Below are positions 57,509 through 64,000 of a DNA stretch of 64,000 nucleotides, one piece after another. The notes under the pieces were generated by a model. The model was not told the DNA's origin. It was given only the letters and a program-made list of their open reading frames with translations, and ran no database searches. The translations under genes were made by a program, and so were the position numbers. The DNA comes from an uncultured Desulfobacula sp. (lineage in GTDB: Bacteria; Desulfobacterota; Desulfobacteria; Desulfobacterales; Desulfobacteraceae), in the NCBI GenBank assembly GCA_964455805.1, contig CAYVZG010000002.1:66382-130381 (forward strand), written 5' to 3'. Every line of letters starts with the position of its first letter. The first letter of the stretch is position 1.

Positions 57509-59088
57509 TGTTCAGCAAACCTTTTCACTATAATATAAGGATTTTCAAGTTTAAAAACAGCTTTTTTCCAGACCTTATAATTAATATTGGTGCTCTCCAC
57601 AAAAAGATCTACCTGCCCGGCATCCTGGGTCAAAAGGATGCACAATGCGGTTTCTTCAGGCATAATCGCCTTTAGCTGATCAATATAATGGAGTATCCCT
57701 CTAATGGGAGGCTGCCAGACTTCATGGACCAGGATCACCTGATATATATCACCTTGATCCATTTGACGGATAGTGTCTGCATCCCTGTCAAAATCAAAAC
57801 TGATTTTCTGGATCTCTTTCACACTAAAAAACATGTGATTTTCAATTTTTCTGGTAATACTCTTAATTATGTCATCAGGGTAAACATTTTGAGGGATCAG
57901 GAGCAATACATTCTGATCCGGTCCTTTGGGATTATTATTAAAACAGGGGCTTTTTTCCATATCTGTGTTTACGTTTTTTTCAACGGATTTACTTTGTTTT
58001 GTTCTATCTGAACCGATGTCCATGACAGGAGATTGCATTCTGGCCATTAACTGCCTGTACCTTGGCCCCTTTAGATTAAAATGCCTGATGACACGTTTTT
58101 GTGCCAAAATTCCGGTAATAATTAGTAGCGCCCTGGGTATAACCCCATAAATCAAAATTCCCATACAGATAAAGGGCCACCAGGATACCAAGTCCGGTGT
58201 TGCCAGAGTGGAAATGCCGTCTTTTAAAATAATCCGGGACCCTTCTATTTGTTCAAGAGTGGGGTGGGCAAAGGATTCCGGCAGTAACCAGGACCAGGGG
58301 ATTGCTATAAATGAAACCAAATCATAAACAGCCTCACTTGAAGCCATCAGCGTGGACTGCCACCCAAATGCCATGTCGCTGACAACCACCCTGAAAAATG
58401 TACCGCCCAGGGCGCCGGTTGAAAAGGCAAATGCAAATACAGATGTCATAAGAAAAACCGGCCAGAACAAAAGGGCATCATATTCCCTGCCCTTCATCCT
58501 CATGATGGACAACGCATATTCCATGGCGTCAAAATTTTTATTCAAAACCTGTTGTCCTGTTTTCTTTATCATTTTAGGTACCACATTAAAAAATAAGGAA
58601 AAAATCAATGTATGGAGAATGGAAGTGTTGAAAAAATTTTTCCTGTTTTTTGTTCCAACATGCCTAAGCATCAGAAGTGTCAAAGTGAATAATAGTAACA
58701 GGACCTGCAGCAAAACAAACAAAAACAAAAAAATGGTGACATTAATCGGACGGTTTCCATGATAGGCCAGAAAGGAATATGCCAGTGATATTCCCGTGAT
58801 GGATCCTGACAAAACCATGGCATAAACCATCCAGGAAAACAGGGTTGAAAAAACAGTACCGGGCAACTGGGATATTTTTTTCTTATCTCTTCCTTTAACG
58901 AATTGTTCTTTTCTGAAAGCCAGCCATTTTAATAATAGTGTTGATTCGGTTTGGGAAGTGTCCTTGATCTGATTATAAATTTTTCGATCCCTTACCGTTT
59001 GTGAATGAATCTCTTCTGAAGAATCAACAGCCTCATCCATATTGATAAAATAATCCAGATCAATGATATCTTTTAATCTTATATGCAT
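57505..59088 (-). CDS. DUF2868-like membrane protein
   Basis: Several TM segments; YHGNRPINV, DMAFGWQSTL, PWSWL, WWPF..M....YG..PR, EVWQPPI. Overlaps the GTPase start by 4 nt. Confidence 0.7.
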   Translation of the reverse strand: MHIRLKDIIDLDYFINMDEAVDSSEEIHSQTVRDRKIYNQIKDTSQTESTLLLKWLAFRKEQFVKGRDKKKISQLPGTVFSTLFSWMVYAMVLSGSITGISLAYSFLAYHGNRPINVTIFLFLFVLLQVLLLLFTLTLLMLRHVGTKNRKNFFNTSILHTLIFSLFFNVVPKMIKKTGQQVLNKNFDAMEYALSIMRMKGREYDALLFWPVFLMTSVFAFAFSTGALGGTFFRVVVSDMAFGWQSTLMASSEAVYDLVSFIAIPWSWLLPESFAHPTLEQIEGSRIILKDGISTLATPDLVSWWPFICMGILIYGVIPRALLIITGILAQKRVIRHFNLKGPRYRQLMARMQSPVMDIGSDRTKQSKSVEKNVNTDMEKSPCFNNNPKGPDQNVLLLIPQNVYPDDIIKSITRKIENHMFFSVKEIQKISFDFDRDADTIRQMDQGDIYQVILVHEVWQPPIRGILHYIDQLKAIMPEETALCILLTQDAGQVDLFVESTNINYKVWKKAVFKLENPYIIVKRFAEQ

Positions 59089-59119
59089 GGTTTGTTATTA
59101 GCAAAACCTCTTGATGGGA

Positions 59120-59824
59120 TCAAGATTCAATATCCGGATGCCGGATCTTCCTGTAATAGGATTCTGACTGATAAATGGCTGCCAAAGGATTGTGGCCGGT
59201 GACACGGTCTTTTACGGCAAGCACTGTGGTGGGAATATCTGTATATTGTAAAAACAGTGAATCATGTCCCACACACAACCCCAGCAAAATATTAAAATCC
59301 ACCTGCTCATTGGTCATGATTTTTGCCTGAAATATAGGGTTGCACATCGCCTCATCCGTGCCTTTATAAACCTTCTCATCATTTGAAATACCAATAATAT
59401 CTTTTGAACTATTGCCTGCCTTACAGCATATGGACACCAGTTCAAACCCGTATCCTGTCAAAATTTCTCCCACAACTTTTGCCTCTTTTGTCAATCCAAG
59501 ACAAAATGCAAGTCCAATTCGTTTGTACCCCATTTTTATTGCAAATTCACAGGTTTCTACGATCCGTGTTTTAGTGGGCTGCATAATATATGGCTGCTGG
59601 TCCCTGTTTGCATAGCATTGGGCCTCCTGTAAAGACGCTTTATAGGCAAACTCATTTATCTCTTTGGCCTCATATTCTCTATTGGCTGCATCTAATACAT
59701 CTTTTTGTATCAATGAAGGGCATCCTTTGTGACCCTTGCCCTTTTTGGAAAAACAAACTCTTTGGGGAATCTCCAATGCACAGGATGCGCATGAAGGCGG
59801 AATCTTCTTTTTGTTATCAGCCAT
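59120..59824 (-). CDS. DUF1847-family Cys-rich putative metal-binding protein
   Basis: CASC, TRIVE..EFA.KMGYKRIGLAFCLGL, ICCK, MCNPIFQA, GLCVGHDSLF, VKDRVTGHNPLAA. Confidence 0.82.
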   Translation of the reverse strand: MADNKKKIPPSCASCALEIPQRVCFSKKGKGHKGCPSLIQKDVLDAANREYEAKEINEFAYKASLQEAQCYANRDQQPYIMQPTKTRIVETCEFAIKMGYKRIGLAFCLGLTKEAKVVGEILTGYGFELVSICCKAGNSSKDIIGISNDEKVYKGTDEAMCNPIFQAKIMTNEQVDFNILLGLCVGHDSLFLQYTDIPTTVLAVKDRVTGHNPLAAIYQSESYYRKIRHPDIES

Positions 59825-59906
59825 CTTTTCTCCGGAATTAAATGTTATCAAAAAAGTAAATTATTTGCCTTATTTGTTCAAAATGGGTGCACATATCATT
59901 TTACTG

Positions 59907-60551
59907 TCATTTGTGCTTCACACCATTTTGTACAAGTAACTTCTCAAGGATTTCATAGGGCTGTGCCCCCACAAGACGGTCAAGTCCGAAAAAAAAGCTT
60001 GGTACTGCTGTAACACCTTTTACTCTTGACAGTTTCCAATCCGAATCCACAGCATCTGAAAATTCCCGGGTTTCAATTATTGTCTTCCCTTCATTTCTAT
60101 CAAGCCCGGACCTTTCAATCAAGTTCAGTAAAACTTTTTTCTGGGCAATATTTTTTCCCTCTACAAAATAAGCCCTGAATGCTTCCATATGAAATTTATG
60201 CCCATGGCCTTTTGTTTCTGCCCACAAGCCAACTTCCTGGGCCAGCCGGCTGTTATAGGTCATCTTTCTATCACCCAGAGCAAGCCCGAGCTTTGCTGCC
60301 GTGGTTTTAAGGTGGGACATCATTTTATCGACATTAACGGGTATCCCTTTATGTTTAAATAAATCTTCCAGCGAACGGCCCTGTTCGGGCGTATCTGGAT
60401 GAAGGGGAAAGGCCCGCCATTTGATGCGGATATCATACTCTTTCTCAAGTTTTTCAATACTCCCGGTAATGAAGTAACACCAAGGTCAGACATAATCGGA
60501 AAAGATCTCAAGCGTGTGTTTATGGGGGTTTAAGCCTTTATTGTCAGTCAT
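59907..60551 (-). CDS. DsbA/FrnE-like thioredoxin-fold protein, probable selenoprotein (UPWC, Sec at UGA 60486-60488), 214 aa
   Basis: ATG 60551 gives MTDNKGLNPHKHTLEIFSDYV-TGA-PWCYFITGSIEKLEKEYDIRIKWRAFPLHPDTP..., continuing in frame into ORF 59907..60323 (GVTAVPSF, LVGAQP). TGA is at the first Cys of the FrnE SDxxCPWC motif. Confidence 0.88.
60453..60473 (-). promoter_or_regulatory. Putative bacterial SECIS element for UGA 60486-60488
   Basis: Minus-strand UUCA-U-UAC-[CGGGA]-GUA-U-UGAA hairpin. G is at loop position 2, and the loop begins 20 nt after the UGA. Confidence 0.6.
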
Positions 60552-60610
60552 TTTCAAATTATCCTTTTATCAGTGTTTTTTACCGGATTTTACTTGTTTT
60601 GTTATCACTT

Positions 60611-60627
60611 TGGTAACATTGTTACCA
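60611..60627. promoter_or_regulatory. Perfect palindrome upstream of the DsbA-like gene (candidate operator)
   Basis: TGGTAACA-T-TGTTACCA, 60 nt upstream of ATG 60551. Confidence 0.45.
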
Positions 60628-60764
60628 TCTAAATAATAGTTAGCTTTTAAGGAAAGGCAAATGATCATCATGATTGGTAGTGTCAAATATTTCCCGAACT
60701 TTTGATTTTGAGCTTAACTTAATTTCATTGTTTATACCGTATATTTTTTGTTATTTCATTTCTT

Positions 60765-61274
60765 TTAACATTTCCATATTTTCTCGCCTACACGGTTAAG
60801 TTTATACAATCTTTTCCCGTCTTGAACCCCAATCCATGCATCTGATATGGCACTGTTACCAATTATCACCACTGACATAAAATTTAACGGATAATAATTA
60901 TGTTGAAAGCTTTTTAAACTTTCATCCATATCGTGTTGAGAAGGTATTGGCTTTTCTTCAGGATGAGTATGCCATTCCCCTGCTAAAAACAATTCACCTT
61001 TTGTAATTTGCCGAAATTTCGAAAAAATTTTATTTGCTTTGAGTTTATTTCTTAAAATGAAGAATCTACTTCGAATATCAGTATTGTCAGGTTCTGTGGC
61101 TATTTCAATCACAATTTGATCATTAAACTGTCGTCCAAACAGATATCCTCCTGCCTCTGAATCATTGATCTGTCTTTGTTGATATTTTATGAATGATTCT
61201 AAAACAGTTGGTACAAAAAGAATCGTTCCATACTCTGAATAACCATATAACATAATTATGCTTTTCTTTCGCAA
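60765..61274 (-). CDS. cap3: CBASS Cap3 JAB/MPN deconjugating peptidase
   Basis: EAGGYLFG and GEWHTHPE..P.PS.HD JAMM motif; directly downstream of the E2-E1 gene. Confidence 0.88.
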   Translation of the reverse strand: MRKKSIIMLYGYSEYGTILFVPTVLESFIKYQQRQINDSEAGGYLFGRQFNDQIVIEIATEPDNTDIRSRFFILRNKLKANKIFSKFRQITKGELFLAGEWHTHPEEKPIPSQHDMDESLKSFQHNYYPLNFMSVVIIGNSAISDAWIGVQDGKRLYKLNRVGEKIWKC

Positions 61275-63055
61275 GAGTTACAATTCAATTTTCTAGCAAT
61301 CGTTTCTTTATGAAGGCTATAACTTTTTTCTACTGCTACAGAAAGTTTTAGATTTTTATTTTCAGCATCATTTAGATCACCATAATAAATCCAATATTCA
61401 GACATTTGGACATTGTTGTTTAAAAACATTAAGCAACACCGAGTTGCAAATCCAGCAGCACTATCAGATGCAATAGCACTAAATGGCAAGTAAATCGTAT
61501 TACAGCCCGCTTCTTGTTGAAGGATCACCTCCGCTTCTGAAATTATACAATTATGTCTCTCATTTTTAAAATCATCATAAGTACAATTTAAGCATCCACC
61601 TTTTTCTGGATGAATAATTATGGAATGGGATGCATATCCATTAATTTCTATCCATGAATACAAAATTGGTATTGGAAGACTTAATCCATTCATAAAAACA
61701 TTAAATGTTTTATCTCCTGTTGCTGAAATTACAATATCGCTTTCTAAAAATATTTCTTTTTTGTTCGTTAACAAATCATAACCATTGTCTTTTATAGGGA
61801 TTACATCAATATGTGGCATTCTCTTTTTTATATATTTAGTAACCGCATCAACCTTATGCAGACCGATATCCTTCATATTGCAGATATGTCTTTTGATATT
61901 CTCCGCTTCCAATTTATCATCATCAATTAAAATGATTCTTCCAATTCCAGCAAGAGCACAATTCACGGCTATCCTACAACCTATTGAGCCACATCCTATT
62001 AACACTATTTTTCTGTCTTCCATTACAGTCATTTTTGAGTCACCGATTCTTTGTTGAAGCCTTTCGTTATCGATTCTTAACACGTTTGATTTTAAAATTC
62101 TTGAATCTGCAAACGCATTGGTAAATTGTAAGACTGGTGGGATCTTTGAATTACGAAATCCCGGTAGCAACGCATTTTCAGATTTGCAGATTTTGGGACG
62201 TTTAAGAATAAATCCACCAAAAATCATTTTATCATTTGTCGTTGATGGATATACAAATGAAAATATCACAGGTACTGATTCAACATTATTTTTAAAAAGG
62301 AACAGACAAAATTTATCTAATTCTTCCGGAAGCATTTTCCTCTTAAGAATTTGATATAATTCAAAATTATTTTCTGGATAAGGCGGATAAATAGGCTCTA
62401 GAAAGTGTAAATAAATTCCATTATAGATCTTTTGAACCGACCGCTTCCTACCTTCTACTACTTCGACCTCTCTATCAATATTTGATAACCAGGAAATTCC
62501 TTGATGCTCATTCTCTGCTGCTATCCAATTTATTCTGTTTAATCCCGGAGCGAATTCAATAATTTTGATTATTTTAAAATATGGGTCTGGTTTAATTATT
62601 GATAACCACGTGGGAATACCCCCGCCAATTATCCAATAGCTACGAAACTCTTTTATGAAATCCTTTGTGTTTTGTTTATTGATGCCATCTTTTATTAATT
62701 GAGCTGCGATTTCTATGGTCTCATGAAAAATCAGGATTGGATAATCAATGTCTAAAAATGTACTTGGATGGTCAACGGTGCAAAGATGATTATCCCTTGA
62801 TGGGGTCAAATGGGGAATAGGAAAAGGTACGTCCTTATAATAAATCCTTGGTACCTTATTCGGAAAATGCCTTGTTAAGGTTATAATAATATCAATCCAC
62901 TCACCTTTAATATCGACCTTAGCTTCCCATCCATAAATATTGGGAACAGGAGCGTCCTTATCTGGGAGATTCTCCTTCAAAATTGGTGTAAAACAATCTT
63001 CTGGTAAAGATTGAATAAATTCTTTTATTTGACGAATAGCTTCTTCAATTATCAT
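61256..63055 (-). CDS. cap2: CBASS Cap2 (E2-E1/ThiF fusion)
   Basis: N-terminal E2-like region (FPNKVP...PHL...HLCT). C-terminal ThiF domain (IVLIGCGSIG, DDDKLEAENIKRH, ISATG, GGCLNC, EAGC). Confidence 0.85.
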   Translation of the reverse strand: MIIEEAIRQIKEFIQSLPEDCFTPILKENLPDKDAPVPNIYGWEAKVDIKGEWIDIIITLTRHFPNKVPRIYYKDVPFPIPHLTPSRDNHLCTVDHPSTFLDIDYPILIFHETIEIAAQLIKDGINKQNTKDFIKEFRSYWIIGGGIPTWLSIIKPDPYFKIIKIIEFAPGLNRINWIAAENEHQGISWLSNIDREVEVVEGRKRSVQKIYNGIYLHFLEPIYPPYPENNFELYQILKRKMLPEELDKFCLFLFKNNVESVPVIFSFVYPSTTNDKMIFGGFILKRPKICKSENALLPGFRNSKIPPVLQFTNAFADSRILKSNVLRIDNERLQQRIGDSKMTVMEDRKIVLIGCGSIGCRIAVNCALAGIGRIILIDDDKLEAENIKRHICNMKDIGLHKVDAVTKYIKKRMPHIDVIPIKDNGYDLLTNKKEIFLESDIVISATGDKTFNVFMNGLSLPIPILYSWIEINGYASHSIIIHPEKGGCLNCTYDDFKNERHNCIISEAEVILQQEAGCNTIYLPFSAIASDSAAGFATRCCLMFLNNNVQMSEYWIYYGDLNDAENKNLKLSVAVEKSYSLHKETIARKLNCNSCERKA

Positions 63056-63064
63056 TTTTTGAAA

Positions 63065-64000
63065 CTATGCGCTGCTTGTATTTTTTTTGATTGCTTTAGT
63101 TCCTGCCACTGCGGCACTGAATTTAGTGGCTTTGTTTTTAGAATCCTCATAGACTGGGAATCTATCACCTAACCTTTTTGTCCATTCTTTTGCAGCCTCT
63201 TCTTTACTTGAATGTTCTAATGCTGTCTCTGCAGATCGAATTAAAACGTCCAATCTGTTTAAAAAATTTGAAAATTGAGCATCTGTGATGCGGTCTCTTA
63301 AGTTCTCCGTTGAATCCACGGGATTTAAAATATCTTCATCAATACTTAATCTTTCATATATAGCAGATGCCGTATTGCCAAAAGAACTATCATCATGGCT
63401 ATCATGGTGGTAGAACTCTTCAGTTGCAAGGATCGTAAGAATCAAACCACTTGGCATTTTGGCTCTTGCGGACTGATTCTCTTGATCAGCCCATGCTTTA
63501 AAATATCGAACAACTCTTTTTAACTGACCTTGATTATTTTTTGCCTTTTGATTAAACCAGTTGGTTATTTTCACTGGATCACTAAAAATCCAACCGTCTA
63601 CTTTTACAGCCAAATATGGCTCTGGATCTTCTTGACCATCAACTTCAATCAAATCATAAATCGGGAAATCTACATGATACCCACTTTTAAAAGGGACACG
63701 AACACAACGCTTTTTATCAACAGGAGGATCCACCGTTCTATATGATTTTGCTGCATCAACAACCCAATTATGTACAGTTTGTGGTGTAGGCCTGTCCTCT
63801 ATACTTGGTGAAAAATAGATACCGTCATCAATATCATAATCTTCATCTAGCGGATTAACCGTTGTATTCATAATAAATGAGCCTTGCATCTGAAATTTGA
63901 TTTTTGGTCTATCGTGCTCTTCAAAGTCAGTTCTAATATGCTTTCTAAGATTGTCACGACTAGTTCTCAATGAATTAATTTTGGATGCGTCTAAACTGAT
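63065..64000 (-). CDS. CBASS cGAS/DncV-like nucleotidyltransferase (CD-NTase), 5' end beyond the window
   Basis: QGSF..NT...P...DYDIDDG nucleotidyltransferase motif, YHVDFPIY, SDP, LKRVVRYFKAWAD, SGLILT. The frame is open to base 64000, and cap2-cap3 follow. Confidence 0.88.
   Translation of the reverse strand: MSLDASKINSLRTSRDNLRKHIRTDFEEHDRPKIKFQMQGSFIMNTTVNPLDEDYDIDDGIYFSPSIEDRPTPQTVHNWVVDAAKSYRTVDPPVDKKRCVRVPFKSGYHVDFPIYDLIEVDGQEDPEPYLAVKVDGWIFSDPVKITNWFNQKAKNNQGQLKRVVRYFKAWADQENQSARAKMPSGLILTILATEEFYHHDSHDDSSFGNTASAIYERLSIDEDILNPVDSTENLRDRITDAQFSNFLNRLDVLIRSAETALEHSSKEEAAKEWTKRLGDRFPVYEDSKNKATKFSAAVAGTKAIKKNTSSA

Noticed and set aside
60320..60511. 63-aa ORF MRSFPIMSD...
   Set aside because: It is an alternative-frame artefact overlapping the true N-terminal half of the Sec-DsbA gene.
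1..64000. CRISPR arrays, tRNA/rRNA genes, transposases or integrases
   Set aside because: I saw no regularly spaced repeat-spacer pattern, no RNA-gene signature and no transposase or integrase ORF. The three ~135-bp repeats are dispersed, not arrayed.

Overview
A 64-kb chromosomal segment whose gene content suggests an anaerobic Desulfobacterota bacterium (Desulfobacteraceae-like; taxonomy is inferred). About 39 kb is a methylated-amine/amino-acid catabolic region. It holds four pyrrolysine-free MttB-superfamily methyltransferases, an MmgE/PrpD protein, a D-cysteine desulfhydrase-family enzyme, a Tat-exported peptide-type ABC system, two paralogous FAD oxidoreductases, an aldehyde:ferredoxin oxidoreductase, heterotetrameric sarcosine oxidase-like soxBDAG, EtfAB, two RpiR regulators and a sigma-54 activator. 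Further right are a liv ABC operon, a lexA-DUF72-imuB-dnaE2 mutagenesis cassette, sigma-54-driven amtB, an OYE-family reductase, a DUF2868/DUF3482-GTPase pair and, at the right edge, an AT-rich type II CBASS operon (CD-NTase-Cap2-Cap3). The ORF track misses two probable selenoproteins: an AhpD/CMD-like protein with CxxU (UGA at 5892-5894) and a DsbA/FrnE-like protein with UPWC (UGA at 60486-60488), each with a SECIS-like hairpin. It also misses three copies of a ~135-bp hairpin-forming MITE-like repeat, two of which bracket the OYE gene. All family assignments come from motif recognition by eye; no database searches were run.
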